Counted from the first letter of the stretch, positions 46,844-58,010 are shown. The stretch is DNA of 64,000 bases from an uncultured bacterium (GCA_905214215.1 CAJMLP010000010.1:10-64009); one strand, 5' to 3'. Notes: generated from the letters alone by a model not told the origin. A program made the numbers and translations.

Positions 46844-47567
46844 AGGCGAGGGCTTGGCGCTGAAGCTCGATGAGCTCGGCGATGCCCTTGTCGCCCAGGT
46901 CGAGCAGGGCGTTGAGACGCTTGCGGTCGAAGGGCGCCTGCTCGCCGGTGCCTTGGAGCTCAATCATCTCGCCGGTGTCGGTAGCGACGAGATTCATGTC
47001 GACCTCGGCGTGGCTGTCCTCGGAATAATCGAGGTCGAGCATGGTGTTGCCGTCGACAACGCCCATAGAGATGGCGGCAACCTGGCCCGTGAGCGGAATG
47101 CGCTCGATCTTGCCGGCCTCGACCCACATAGCAAGAGCATCATGCAGCGCCACCCAGGCACCGGTAATGCTCGCCGTACGCGTGCCGCCATCCGCCTGGA
47201 TCACATCGCAGTCGACGGTGACGGTGTACTCGCCGAGCGCCTTCATGTTGACGACGGTACGCAGGCTACGGCCGATGAGACGTTCGATCTCCATGGAGCG
47301 GCCCTTACGCTTGGTATACTCGCGCTTGCAACGCTTACCGGTCGATGCCGGCAGCATGGCATACTCTGCGGTTACCCAACCGGCCTTGGCGCCCTTGCGC
47401 CAGCCCGGCACGCCCTCCTCAATTGTGGCGGCACACAGCACGCGCGTGTCGCCGAACTCAGCCAGGCACGAGCCGTGGGCATGTTTCATAACACCACGGG
47501 TGAGCTTGACGGGGCGCAGTTCATTGGCGGCACGGCCGTTGGCGCGGTTGACCTGCATGTACTCCAT
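46842..47567 (-). CDS. rph: Ribonuclease PH
   Basis: [22 protein letters not shown] and [13 protein letters not shown] motifs. Confidence 0.96.
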   Translation of the reverse strand: MEYMQVNRANGRAANELRPVKLTRGVMKHAHGSCLAEFGDTRVLCAATIEEGVPGWRKGAKAGWVTAEYAMLPASTGKRCKREYTKRKGRSMEIERLIGRSLRTVVNMKALGEYTVTVDCDVIQADGGTRTASITGAWVALHDALAMWVEAGKIERIPLTGQVAAISMGVVDGNTMLDLDYSEDSHAEVDMNLVATDTGEMIELQGTGEQAPFDRKRLNALLDLGDKGIAELIELQRQALA

Positions 47568-47622
47568 AGAAATATCCTTTCGGCAGAAGAAGAGGGCAAG
47601 TCTTTGGACGGTAACCCTACAT

Positions 47623-48507
47623 CTATTTCAGTTCGTCGATATCAATATGTTCGATGCTCTTGAGCGGCTGGCCAAAGATAAAGCTACCCGCCACCGCAAA
47701 CTCGGCAATGTTATCGGCCGTCGTCGCAAAGCGATGCTGAGGCTCGGCAGCGTCGCCCGCCAGCTGCTCGCGGCGCGTGAGGATATCGGTCAGCTCGCGC
47801 GTAGTCTCCTCGGCGGAACTCACCACACGCACCCCGGGCCCCAGCGCATGGCGAATAGGCCCCACGAGCAGCGGAAAGTGCGTACAGCCGAGCACCACGG
47901 TATCGATTCCGCGATCGCGCAGCGGCTCAACCGTGGCACCCACCAGCGCTCGCACGGCTGGCGTATCGAAGATGTCCTCGTTCTCGAGCCACTGCTCTTG
48001 CAGATGCGCGCCCGAGGCGAGCTCGTGTTCGACAACCTCGACAAAGCTCGAGGCAGGACAACCGTATACATCGACGCCGGCATCTAGATCCTGAATGGCG
48101 CGCGTGTAGGCGCCCGAGCGAATGGTGAGGTTGGTGGCGAGCACGCCCACGCGACGCGAACGGGTGCTGTTGATTGCCGCACGGGCACCCGGCGCGATCA
48201 CGCCGATCACGGGAACGTCGAGCACCTGCTGGGCCAGACGCAAGGCCGCAGCTGTCGCCGTGTTGCAGGCGATGACCATAATCTTGACGTCGTGCTTCGA
48301 CAGCCAACGGCCCGCCTGCAACGCAAACGAGCGCACCTCATCCTCGGTGCGCGTGCCGTAGGGGCAGCGTTTGGTGTCGCCGAAGTAGTAGACGGACTCG
48401 TGCGGCAGCACCGTCGCGATGGCGCGCGCAACCGTCAGACCGCCCAAACCAGAATCGAACACGCCAATCGGGCGCGTGTCGCCTGTCGGATTCTCGATAT
48501 CGGACAT
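47623..48507 (-). CDS. murI: Glutamate racemase
   Basis: FDSGLGG, IACNTA and LGCTHF motifs. Confidence 0.96.
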   Translation of the reverse strand: MSDIENPTGDTRPIGVFDSGLGGLTVARAIATVLPHESVYYFGDTKRCPYGTRTEDEVRSFALQAGRWLSKHDVKIMVIACNTATAAALRLAQQVLDVPVIGVIAPGARAAINSTRSRRVGVLATNLTIRSGAYTRAIQDLDAGVDVYGCPASSFVEVVEHELASGAHLQEQWLENEDIFDTPAVRALVGATVEPLRDRGIDTVVLGCTHFPLLVGPIRHALGPGVRVVSSAEETTRELTDILTRREQLAGDAAEPQHRFATTADNIAEFAVAGSFIFGQPLKSIEHIDIDELK

Positions 48508-48558
48508 TACCTCACCAGTCTCTCTCGAAAAGACATGTCCAAGTGCGGCGACGCCGCG

Positions 48559-49470
48559 CTACGAACGCGCCGCGACCAGCAGCTCTGCCGTCGCCGCCCA
48601 ACCGTCGACAATTTTGCCGCGCGTAACGAAAGCGTTCTCGCAAGCAGCCAGGAACTCGGGCGCGCCGGCGCTCGTCAGGCCATTCTCGACCAGGCAGAAC
48701 GTGCCCACGTGATCGGCCATGTAGAAGTCGGACTCGGAATCGCCGAGCGCGAGCGTCTCCTCGCGCTCAATCCCCAGGTGCTCGCAGAAGCGCGCGATGG
48801 CAACGCCCTTGTTGAGGCCGGCGGGATTGATGTTAAACGCGCGACCGTCCTCGACGCGATCGAGCTCGAGCGTCGTCGGCTTGGACAGATGCGTCAGGTG
48901 ACCGTTACAGGCCCACACCAGGCCGCAGCCGGCCTCGTCCAGGATGGCCTGGACCTCATTGTCGGGCACATCGCCGCGCATGCCGACGGTGACCTCGCGG
49001 TACTTGTAGCCGGTCGACATGTCGTTGTGATACTCGATCTTGTGCGGCCAGCGGGCAAGAATCTTCTCGCACACGCCGGTCTGCTCGATCACCTGGTGCG
49101 GAGTAAGGCCGCAGGCGGGGTCGTAAGGCATGTCGCCAGTCAGATACTCCCAATCGTTGGCTTTGAGGTCGTACATGACCAGGCCGCCCATCTCACCGAT
49201 GTAGGAGTTGAGGCCGAGCACGCGCGCATCCTCGTGGATCATGGTACGGTTGCGGCCCGAGGTGGGAACCACCTGAATACCAGCGCGGGCAAGTGCCACG
49301 ACGGCCTCGACGAGTTTGGTCGAGGGGTTACCGTCGTTGTCGCGCAGCACGCACGAGCCGGGCGCGAGCATCGTGGCATCCAGGTCGGTAAAGACGTACT
49401 TGACCTTGGCCAAGCGCTCGCGCATCTCGCCCGAAAGCTCGGCAACGGTCGGCAGGGTGTTGTGGGACAT
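48559..49470 (-). CDS. HAD-superfamily (Cof-like) phosphatase
   Basis: TDLDATML, TSGR, NKG and LGDSESD motifs. Confidence 0.82.
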   Translation of the reverse strand: MSHNTLPTVAELSGEMRERLAKVKYVFTDLDATMLAPGSCVLRDNDGNPSTKLVEAVVALARAGIQVVPTSGRNRTMIHEDARVLGLNSYIGEMGGLVMYDLKANDWEYLTGDMPYDPACGLTPHQVIEQTGVCEKILARWPHKIEYHNDMSTGYKYREVTVGMRGDVPDNEVQAILDEAGCGLVWACNGHLTHLSKPTTLELDRVEDGRAFNINPAGLNKGVAIARFCEHLGIEREETLALGDSESDFYMADHVGTFCLVENGLTSAGAPEFLAACENAFVTRGKIVDGWAATAELLVAARS

Positions 49471-49577
49471 GGTTACTCCGTTTACGTAGAAGGGTTTGGA
49501 CTTGGACGGCATGTTTTGATTGAGGGAACACGCTTATGGCGACAGCGCACTCAGGGCGCCGCCGCCATCATGGTTCA

Positions 49578-51140
49578 TTAGTCAAACTGGGTAACATCGA
49601 TCAGGCGATTGGCCAGCGAAAGGTCGCTCTCGATGGGCACGAACTCGTCGCCCACGTGCATGAGCTCCTCGTCACCCTTTGCCAGCAGCAAGACAATGGT
49701 GGGAGCATCGGGGTTGACGTACTCCTCGCGCGCCGCCTTGAACGCCGCATGCACAGCGGCTTCGCGGTCGAGGATGATCTTGTTCGGCGTATCGTCGGGA
49801 ACATGCTCGGCAAGCTCGCGACAGACCTTCATCGGGTCCTCGTGAGCCGGGTCCTCGTTGGCAAAGATCATCAGGTCGGAATATGGTGCGGCCTCGCGCG
49901 GAAGCTGCTCGCGGCGCTCCTGCGCCTTGCCGCCGGCAGCGCCAAACACTGCAATGACTGGACTAGTGGGAAACGCGCGCTTGACCGACGAGAAAAGCGA
50001 CCGGAACGAAAGCTGGTTGTGAGCGTAGTCAACGACGCAGATCACGCGGCCATCCTTCGACTCCACGACCTCCATACGGCCCGGCACACGCAGTTTGGAG
50101 AGGCCCTTCTTGATAGCCTCGATACCGATGCCGATCTCGTGCGCAGCGGCGATAGCGACCAGCGCGTTTTCCACGTTAAAGTCGCCCGCGATGCCCAGCA
50201 GGACCTTCTCCCCCGCCTCGGACTCGTCGGCACACAGGCCATGCAGGTTAAACTCGATGTTAAAGCCGACCACGCGGACATCGCTTGCCCACAGGCTTGC
50301 CTCGGGATGCTCGACGCCAACGGTCACCAAGCGCTCGGCCGTCGACGCTGCCTCCAGCACACGGTCAACCTCTTCGGTGCCCAGATTCACCACGGCGGTC
50401 TTTGCCTGGTCAAAGATCCTGAGTTTGCTCTCAAAATAATCCTCAAACGTGGGGTGTTCGATCGGTGAGATGTGGTCACGGCCGATGTTGAGGAAGCACG
50501 CCACGTCAAACGGCAGATTCTCGACGCGTTGGTACTTGAGTGCCTGGCTCGAGACCTCCATGACCATGGACTGGCGACCGGACTCACGGCAGTTGGCGAT
50601 ATGGCGCCAGACCTCGGGGGCCTCGGGCGTAGTATTGGTGCTCTCGTAGCACTCGATGCCATCGTCGGTACTCACCGAGCCGATCATGCCGCAGGATTCG
50701 CCCGCTGCCTTGATGATGGACTGGAGCATAAAAGCGGCCGTGGTCTTTCCCTTGGTACCGGTGATGCCCACGATCTTGACGTCGTGGTCGGGACGGTCGT
50801 AGACCTCCGGCGGCAACAGGGCCATGGCCGTGCGAACGCTATCAACAACCAGCATCGCAGCACCGCTCTCCTGCGCCAGCGGCTCCAGAGACTCGACCAG
50901 CGACTCTTCGCACACAAATGCGACGGCGCCCGCATCGAGCGCCATGCTCAAAAACGCGGGCTTAAAGGCAGCGCCTTTGCAAAAGAACACGTCACCTGCC
51001 GAGACCGCACGCGAATCAAACGAGCAGCCGGTCACGGCACGCTCGTCAACCTGCTCTGATGCGCGCAGCTCGCCGCACACATCGAGAAGCTTGGCAAGCG
51101 TATCGACCGTGGTCACGGTCGCGGAATCCGAATGGTGCAT
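49578..51140 (-). CDS. murE: MurE-type UDP-MurNAc-tripeptide synthetase
   Basis: GITGTKGKTT, NTTPE, MEVSSQA, VPGRME and VDYAHN motifs; specificity loop EDPA rather than DNPR. Confidence 0.85.
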   Translation of the reverse strand: MHHSDSATVTTVDTLAKLLDVCGELRASEQVDERAVTGCSFDSRAVSAGDVFFCKGAAFKPAFLSMALDAGAVAFVCEESLVESLEPLAQESGAAMLVVDSVRTAMALLPPEVYDRPDHDVKIVGITGTKGKTTAAFMLQSIIKAAGESCGMIGSVSTDDGIECYESTNTTPEAPEVWRHIANCRESGRQSMVMEVSSQALKYQRVENLPFDVACFLNIGRDHISPIEHPTFEDYFESKLRIFDQAKTAVVNLGTEEVDRVLEAASTAERLVTVGVEHPEASLWASDVRVVGFNIEFNLHGLCADESEAGEKVLLGIAGDFNVENALVAIAAAHEIGIGIEAIKKGLSKLRVPGRMEVVESKDGRVICVVDYAHNQLSFRSLFSSVKRAFPTSPVIAVFGAAGGKAQERREQLPREAAPYSDLMIFANEDPAHEDPMKVCRELAEHVPDDTPNKIILDREAAVHAAFKAAREEYVNPDAPTIVLLLAKGDEELMHVGDEFVPIESDLSLANRLIDVTQFD

Positions 51141-51252
51141 CTTTCGCCTTTCTCAGCCATTTGGCAGGGACGGTTTTTATAGTAACTGAAACGCACCCAC
51201 GCAAAAACGGCTCCCGGAGGAGCCGTTACGCGCAGGCGTTCGTAAGCCGAGG

Positions 51253-53133
51253 CTAGGCAGCCTGAACAGCGGGCTGGTCCTCGTCGATAAAGAAGCGCTT
51301 GTACCACACCAGGAACACGAGCGGCGTATAGATCTTGCGCTGGAAATCGCCCTTGCCCGCAAAGTGCAGATCGAGCAGGTGCATGAGCTCGTCGGTATCG
51401 AAGAACTCGCTTGCCCACGGCGCGGTGAAGTACTCCTTGACATAGTCGTACCACTTTTGCTCGCGCAGCCAGTAGACAATCGGCACCGGGAAGCCCACCT
51501 TGGGACGGGTGGCCCACTCATCGGGCAGCGACTTGTTGGCAGCGTGGCGGAGTACTTGCTTGTTGCCGTTCTCGTTGATGCGGTAGCGGTCGGGAATGTG
51601 CTCGGCGAACTCCATGACTTTGCGGTCCAGGAAGGGCACGCGCAGCTCCAGCGAGTGCGCCATGCACATCTTGTCGGCCTTGAGCAGAATGTCGCCCGGG
51701 AGCCACATGTTCATGTCCAGGTACTGCTTCTTGACCAGCTCGGGCTGGCCCTTCACGCGCGCATAGATGGGAGCGGCAAGCTCGAAGGCGCCATCGCCGG
51801 TGTTGTACTCGGGCTTGAGCACGCCGTCGACCTCGCGCTCCGGCCATACCAGAGCCTGTCCCAGGAACGACTTCTCGGGGATCTCGGCACCCTTGACCAG
51901 GAAGTTATGTCCCTTGAAGTACGGCATATGCAACGCCAGGTTACCGAGCGCGCGACGGATGGGCAGCGGCACCATCTTTTTGTACTTGCGGACTGGGACC
52001 GTGTCCTCGTAGTAGGCGTAGCCGCCAAAGAGCTCGTCGGCGCCTTCGCCCGAAAGCACGACGGTGACGTCCTTGCGGGCCATCTCGGCCAAGAACCACA
52101 GCGGCACGGAAGACAGGTTGGACTGCGGCTCGTCCATGTGATACTGGATGTCCTCGAGCGCACCGAAGAACTCGTCGGCGGTAATCATCTTGCGAACGTT
52201 TTCGACGCCGAGCTTATCGGAAAGCTCCTTGGCGTAGTTAGTCTCGTTGAAATTCTTGTAATCGAAGCCCACCGAGAAGGTCTTGTCGGGCATGAGGCAA
52301 GCGGCGATGTAGCTGGAGTCGACGCCGCCGGAGAGGAACGACGCGACCTTGACGTCAGCGATGCGATGGGCCTCGACGCTCTCGTGCACGACCTCGTCCA
52401 GCTCGTCGACGTACTCCTCGAACGGCTTCTCGACGGCAGAGTAATCGCAATCCCAGTAGCGCTCGATGTTCATCTTGCCGGTCGGGATATCGACGGTAAA
52501 GTAGTGCGCCGGCGGCAGCTTGTAGACGCCCTCGAAGAAGGTCTCCTCGGTTGCCGAATACTGCAGCGTCATGTACGGACGCAGGGCCTTTTTGTTGACC
52601 GCCTTGTGGAAGTGCGGGTAGTCCAGGAAGCTCTTGATCTCGGAACCAAAGAGCACGCCCGGAGCGCCGTCACCCGCATCGGCCATGGGATAGTAGTAGA
52701 GCGGCTTGATGCCAAAGATATCACGGGCGCCAAAAAGCTTGTTCTTCTTCTTGTCCCAGATGACGAAGGCGTACATACCGCGCAAGCGATCGAGTACTGC
52801 CTCGCCCCACTCCTCATAGCCGTGCAGGAGGCTCTCGGTGTCGGCGCCGCAGTGGAACTTGTAGCCCTTGGCCTCGAGCTCGGAACGGAGTTCTTGGAAG
52901 TTGTAGATCTCGCCGTTGAAGACAATGACGACGCTACCGTCCTCATTGGCCATGGGCTGAGCGCCGGCCTCGGTCAGGTCGAGGATCGACAAGCGGCGGA
53001 AGCCGAGGGCAACGCGGCCGTCGATAAACTGGCCGCCCATGTCGGGACCACGATGGACGATGCGGTCCATCATCTTGGTGAGCACCTCGGATTGGTTATC
53101 CGTCCCACCGACAAAACCGACAAAACCGCACAT
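51253..53133 (-). CDS. asnB: Asparagine synthase (glutamine-hydrolysing) family amidotransferase
   Basis: MCG Ntn start, HRGPD, LSGGVDSS, SGEGADELFGGY and ELRVPFLD motifs. Confidence 0.93.
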   Translation of the reverse strand: MCGFVGFVGGTDNQSEVLTKMMDRIVHRGPDMGGQFIDGRVALGFRRLSILDLTEAGAQPMANEDGSVVIVFNGEIYNFQELRSELEAKGYKFHCGADTESLLHGYEEWGEAVLDRLRGMYAFVIWDKKKNKLFGARDIFGIKPLYYYPMADAGDGAPGVLFGSEIKSFLDYPHFHKAVNKKALRPYMTLQYSATEETFFEGVYKLPPAHYFTVDIPTGKMNIERYWDCDYSAVEKPFEEYVDELDEVVHESVEAHRIADVKVASFLSGGVDSSYIAACLMPDKTFSVGFDYKNFNETNYAKELSDKLGVENVRKMITADEFFGALEDIQYHMDEPQSNLSSVPLWFLAEMARKDVTVVLSGEGADELFGGYAYYEDTVPVRKYKKMVPLPIRRALGNLALHMPYFKGHNFLVKGAEIPEKSFLGQALVWPEREVDGVLKPEYNTGDGAFELAAPIYARVKGQPELVKKQYLDMNMWLPGDILLKADKMCMAHSLELRVPFLDRKVMEFAEHIPDRYRINENGNKQVLRHAANKSLPDEWATRPKVGFPVPIVYWLREQKWYDYVKEYFTAPWASEFFDTDELMHLLDLHFAGKGDFQRKIYTPLVFLVWYKRFFIDEDQPAVQAA

Positions 53134-53320
53134 ATACTATCCCCTCTGCTGTTGCTGGGCATCAAATCGAATCAGTAGCTTTTGAGTATACCCGAGGGCG
53201 TAAAGAGGGGCGGAATGTTCAGGCAATCTCAACTGAATCAGCTCCGCTGTGACACGCGACGGTTACCTTTAATGGATATGAGATGAATGAGGCGATTGTT
53301 TTGCTATACTCTCTCCGCAC

Positions 53321-53396
53321 GGGCGATTGGCGCAACGGTTAGCGCAGGTGCTTTACACGCACAAGGCTGGGGGTTCGAATCCCTCATCGCCCACCA
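53321..53396 (+). tRNA. tRNA-Val(TAC)
   Basis: Anticodon loop TTTACAC, GTTCGAAT T-loop, encoded CCA. Confidence 0.93.
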
Positions 53397-53834
53397 CTGA
53401 TTTGATAGGCTCCCAGCTATGGGGGCCTTTCATTTTTGGGCCCATCGCAGAGGGATTCGAACCCGAAAGGGTGCGGAGCTGAGGAAACGCGAAGCGTTTT
53501 CCAGCGCAGCACGCGAGGGCCGTAGGCCCGAAGCGAGAGCGGACGGCGTCAGCCGCACGCGACATCCCTCATCGCCCACCACTGATTTGATAGGCTCCCA
53601 GCTATGGGGGCCTTTCATTTTTGGGCCCATCGCAGAGGGATTCGAACCCGAAAGGGTGCGGAGCTGAGGAAACGCGAAGCGTTTTCCAGCGCAGCACGCG
53701 AGGGCCGTAGGCCCGAAGCGAGAGCGGACGGCGTCAGCCGCACGCGACATCCCTCATCGCCCACCACTGATTTGATAGGCCTCCAGCTATGGAGGCCTTT
53801 CTTTTTAGGGCCCATTACTGAGGGATTCGAACCC
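53379..53834 (+). repeat. tRNA-linked 185-bp tandem repeat, about 2.5 copies
   Basis: Units start at 53379, 53564 and 53749, each with ATCCCTCATCGCCCACCA (tRNA 3' end). Confidence 0.92.
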
Positions 53835-53873
53835 ACCAGCACGTCTGTCACAAAGGCCGTGGCCAGAAAATGG

Positions 53874-54062
53874 CAAAAATGAGTACTGCTACCTTGCTTA
53901 CAACATATCAGAAGATAATATTTGCTTAAGTTACGCAACATATGTCCATTATAAGGACTAGCAATTGGATCAAAATCGTACATTCATCGCCATTTCGACT
54001 TGCTATTTGGTCTGATTAGTCCAAAATTGCTGTTACCAAATCGGTAACAGTACTCATATTTG
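53874..54062. mobile_element. AT-rich segment bounded by 20-bp imperfect inverted repeats (MITE-like)
   Basis: CAAAAATGAGTACTGCTACC versus GGTAACAGTACTCATATTTG, 18/20 complementary. Confidence 0.4.
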
Positions 54063-54192
54063 ATGTTTTTTGACCAGCAGGTCTCCCCGCCTTAGCAAAT
54101 CTAAGGCAAAACGGGCTCCAGACCGCTGAATCGTGCCGCATATGGCACGTCCACAGTCCGGAACCCGGTTCAAATTGAGTTATTGCGCCGCG

Positions 54193-55476
54193 TTAGCCCA
54201 AGACACCCGACAGAATCTCGATCAGACTGTCCACGTCGGATTCCTCGCAGACGAGCGGCGGCAGGAAACGCAGCGTATGGGCACCCGTAGCGTTAATCAC
54301 GGCACCGGCGGCCAGCGCGCGGGCAACAATATCATGCGCGTCGCCCGCGGCATCATCCAAATCACAGCCGAGCATCAAGCCGCGGCCACGCACCTCGGTC
54401 ACGTTCGGCAGCTTGGCGAGCTTTGCCTCCATATAGGCGCCTACCTTGGCAGCATGGTCGGCATAATCGCCGCGCACGAGCGCGGAGAGCGTCGCGGCGC
54501 ACGCCGCGACAGCCAAGCAGCTACCGCCAAAGGTCGAGCCGTGGTCGCCCGGCTTAAACACGTCGGCAATCTCCTTCTTTGCTACGACGGCACCCATGGG
54601 CACGCCATCGGCAATGCCCTTGGCAAGGCTCATGATGTCGGGTTCCACGCCATAGGTTTGGAATGCAAACGGCTTGCCGGAGCGGAAGATGCCGCACTGG
54701 ACCTCGTCGGCTATAAGCACGGCGCCCACTTCGTGTGCCAGGTCGCGCGCTGCCGCCATAAACTCCTCGGTCATGGGGTGCACGCCACTCTCACCCTGGA
54801 TCGGCTCGAGCATCACGGCACAAATTTCGCTCCCCAGCTGCTTAAAGATCGCACGCAGTTCATTGATATCGTTGGGCGTACAGGCCACAAAGCCACCCGG
54901 CAGCGGGCGGAAACTATCCTGCAGCCAATCCTGCATGGTGGCGGCAATGGTCTCGAGCGTACGGCCGTGGAAGCCGCCGCGCATGCACACGATAGTGTTG
55001 CCGCCGTTACCGGCACGCTTGGCGTACAGGCGCGCAAGCTTCATCGAGCCCTCATTGGCCTCGGCGCCGGAGTTGGCAAAGAAGGTCTCCCAAACCTGCT
55101 CATCCGCAGCCGGGGCACCAAGAGCAGCTGCCGTGGTCTCATCGCCGGCGGCAATGGCATCGGCAAGCACGCGTGCACCATCTAAGTCGTCGTTGGCAAG
55201 CTTGGACAGCAGCGCCGCGACCTGTCCACGCTGCTCGATGTAGAAGTAATTGGAGACATGCATGAGCTTTTTGGTCTGTGCCTCGAGCGCCGAGAGCACA
55301 GCCGGGTCGCCATGACCTAGGCTGCACACGCCGATGCCGGCAAGAAAGTCGAGGTACTCACGACCATCGTCGCCGGTGAGCTTCATGCCGTGACCCTCGA
55401 CAAACTCGACCGGAGAGCGGCCAAAGGTATGCATAACGTAATGGGATTCAAGCGATTGCTGAGCTGCAAGTGACAT
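54193..55476 (-). CDS. argD: Acetylornithine aminotransferase
   Basis: NSGAEANE, FHGRT, EPIQGESG, DEVQCG, SLAK and HGSTFGG motifs. Confidence 0.93.
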   Translation of the reverse strand: MSLAAQQSLESHYVMHTFGRSPVEFVEGHGMKLTGDDGREYLDFLAGIGVCSLGHGDPAVLSALEAQTKKLMHVSNYFYIEQRGQVAALLSKLANDDLDGARVLADAIAAGDETTAAALGAPAADEQVWETFFANSGAEANEGSMKLARLYAKRAGNGGNTIVCMRGGFHGRTLETIAATMQDWLQDSFRPLPGGFVACTPNDINELRAIFKQLGSEICAVMLEPIQGESGVHPMTEEFMAAARDLAHEVGAVLIADEVQCGIFRSGKPFAFQTYGVEPDIMSLAKGIADGVPMGAVVAKKEIADVFKPGDHGSTFGGSCLAVAACAATLSALVRGDYADHAAKVGAYMEAKLAKLPNVTEVRGRGLMLGCDLDDAAGDAHDIVARALAAGAVINATGAHTLRFLPPLVCEESDVDSLIEILSGVLG

Positions 55477-55545
55477 GGGATGCCTTTCGTTGAGCGCCGG
55501 ACGGCGCAGGCCTATGGGTGCAGAAATGGGGCGGCTGCGGGTCAG

Positions 55546-56526
55546 TTAGACTGTCTGAAGCTTCTCAACCTCGTCGAGGTTCTCGGTCAGACGCGCAGCA
55601 AACGTCGAAAGCGGATGCGGATGCGTATCGAACTCGTAAGCCGTCTCGGTGGAATGGATCACGGTGCCGACGCCGGCATCGGTCAGCAGCTCCAGCAGCA
55701 GCGAATGCGGCGTGGTGCCGTTGATGATGTGAGCGCGAAATACGCCGCCGGCAAGCGCATCGACGGCCGCACGCAGCTTGGGAATCATGCCCTTATCGAC
55801 CTCGCCGCCGTAGAGCATTTCGTTAACCTCGTCGAGCGTTAGGTTGGAGATGAGTGAGTCTTTATCGCTAAAGTCCTTGTACAGGCCGTCGACGTCGGTC
55901 AAAAAGATCGCCTTATGCGCATGCAGCGCCGCCGCAACGGCACCGGCGGCGGTATCGGCGTTGATGTTGAAGAAACCGCCGTCCTCCCCCGCCGCGACGG
56001 TAGCGATGACGGGGATGTACTCGCTATCGAGCAGGCGCTCGATATAGTCGGTGTTGACGTGCGTGACCTTGCCTACGCGGCCGAGTTCGGGGTCGAGCGG
56101 CTCGGCGATGAGCGTACCGGCATCGCTGCCCGAAACGCCCACGGCCAGGTTGCCGTGATGGTTGAGCGCCGCGACCAGCTCCTGGTTGACCTTGCCGCCC
56201 AGCACCTCGCGCACGATATCCATGGTCGCCGGCGTGGTCACGCGCTGGCCGTTCATAAACTCGACGGGGATGTCGTAGTGGCTAAGCGCCTCGTTGATAG
56301 CCTTGCCGCCGCCATGCACGATGACGGGGCGCATGCCGATGATCTTAAGCAGGACGATGTCGCTCATCACGTCGCGGCGCAGCTGCTCATCAACCATGGC
56401 GGCTCCGCCATATTTGATAACAACCGTCTTGCCGGTCAGGTTCTTAATCCACGGCAGCGCTTCGAACAGCAGCTGCGCGGTTGCTTCGTTGGATTCGCTC
56501 GAACGACAATCGCGTGCGAATTTCAT
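55546..56526 (-). CDS. argB: Acetylglutamate kinase
   Basis: VIKYGGAAM, VHGGG, NINAD and GMIPK motifs. Confidence 0.95.
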   Translation of the reverse strand: MKFARDCRSSESNEATAQLLFEALPWIKNLTGKTVVIKYGGAAMVDEQLRRDVMSDIVLLKIIGMRPVIVHGGGKAINEALSHYDIPVEFMNGQRVTTPATMDIVREVLGGKVNQELVAALNHHGNLAVGVSGSDAGTLIAEPLDPELGRVGKVTHVNTDYIERLLDSEYIPVIATVAAGEDGGFFNINADTAAGAVAAALHAHKAIFLTDVDGLYKDFSDKDSLISNLTLDEVNEMLYGGEVDKGMIPKLRAAVDALAGGVFRAHIINGTTPHSLLLELLTDAGVGTVIHSTETAYEFDTHPHPLSTFAARLTENLDEVEKLQTV

Positions 56527-56607
56527 AATCTGCCTCGTCTTTCGTATCGTTATCGCGCCGTGCTCCGCTGTCCGCAATCGCGGCAAGATACGCAGCGTGC
56601 CTGGAAT

Positions 56608-57876
56608 CTAGGAACGGTAGTCGCCGTTAATGGAGATGTACTCGTGCGTGAGGTCGCAAGTCCACACGGTGGTCGCCGCGTCGCCCGCGCCCAGGTCTGC
56701 CGAGATCACAATCTCGGGCGCCTCAAAACGTCGCAGAGCCTCGTCCTCGTCAAAGGGAACAGTCAGACCGTCGCGACAGACAGGCATGCCCATCATGTCG
56801 ATGGAAACGTCTTCCTGATTAAACTTCACGCCGCACTTGCCAAGCGCCATAGCAACGCGGCCCCAGTTGCAGTCGTGGCCGGCGATGCAGGTCTTAACGA
56901 GCGGCGAGTTGGCAACGGCACGGGCGGCGATATCGGCCTCCTCGTCGTTGGCGGCGCCGGTAACGTTGACCGTAACAAGCTTGGATGCGCCCTCACCATC
57001 GGCGGCGATATTGCGCGCCAGGCTCTCGCACACCTCGTGCACGGCAAATGCCAACTCGTCAAAGGCATCGGAGCCCTCGACGATAGGCTCGGCATCTGCG
57101 GCAGCGGCGCCGGAGGCAAGCATGATGCAGGTGTCGTTGGTCGAGGTGTCGGAATCGACCGTTACCTTGTTAAAGGTCTGCTTGACGGTCGAGAGCAGCA
57201 GGGCATGAAGTGCCGCAGGCTCGACGGGGACATCGGTGGTGATAACTGCGATCATGGTGGCCATGTTGGGCATGATCATGCCCGAGCCCTTGCACATTCC
57301 GCCTACCGTATAGACATTGCCCGCATGACCCGCAGCCTCACTGACGTAGGACACGGCGTACTCCTTGGAGTGCGTGTCGGTCGTCATGATGGCGCGAGCG
57401 GCATCGGCGCCACCGTGGGCGGAGAGCGCCTCGTAGGCAGCAGGAATGGCGGTCTCAAACGTGTCGATCGGCAGAATCTGGCCAATTACGCCCGTGGAGG
57501 CGACCAGAATCTGCTGGGGCTCGCAGCCGATGACCTGCGAGGCGATGTTGCAGGTCTCGCGCGCGCAGGCAAGGCCGGTCTCACCCGTGGCGGCGTTGGC
57601 ATTGCCAGAGTTGACCGAAACGCCGGCAATGACGCCGTAGCCCTTGTCGGCGCCGCCCAAGTTGGCACGGCTCACCTGCACGGGCGCCGCACAAAAGCGG
57701 TTAGTCGTAAACACACCGGCCCCGGGGCAAGGCTTATCGGGCACGACGAGCGCGTAATCCAGGCGCTCGGGATTCTTGCGGAATCCGGCATGGATGCCCG
57801 CCGCCTTAAAGCCGGCCGCCGCCGTTACGCCGCCCTCTACGGCACGAATCTTGATATCGAACTGCTCAGCATTCAT
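56608..57876 (-). CDS. argJ: Ornithine acetyltransferase
   Basis: NSGNANA, IMTTDT, KGSGMI.PNMATM, DTSTND and DGEGA motifs. Confidence 0.96.
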   Translation of the reverse strand: MNAEQFDIKIRAVEGGVTAAAGFKAAGIHAGFRKNPERLDYALVVPDKPCPGAGVFTTNRFCAAPVQVSRANLGGADKGYGVIAGVSVNSGNANAATGETGLACARETCNIASQVIGCEPQQILVASTGVIGQILPIDTFETAIPAAYEALSAHGGADAARAIMTTDTHSKEYAVSYVSEAAGHAGNVYTVGGMCKGSGMIMPNMATMIAVITTDVPVEPAALHALLLSTVKQTFNKVTVDSDTSTNDTCIMLASGAAAADAEPIVEGSDAFDELAFAVHEVCESLARNIAADGEGASKLVTVNVTGAANDEEADIAARAVANSPLVKTCIAGHDCNWGRVAMALGKCGVKFNQEDVSIDMMGMPVCRDGLTVPFDEDEALRRFEAPEIVISADLGAGDAATTVWTCDLTHEYISINGDYRS

Positions 57877-58010
57877 CGTCTTTACGACTCCTTATGTCAA
57901 ACAAAAAATGGGCATCGGTTGGTGCGCCATGCCAGTCGTGATCATGAGACCAGCTTAAGAGTGGCGCCCCATTCGATGCCCGACTACCAAATCGTTAACA
58001 ATCGAATGTG

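Noticed and set aside
53353..53983. Repeated short ORFs (MSRAADAVRS..., MGAFHFWAHRR...)
   Set aside because: Translations of the 185-bp tRNA-linked repeat, with no RBS or protein features.
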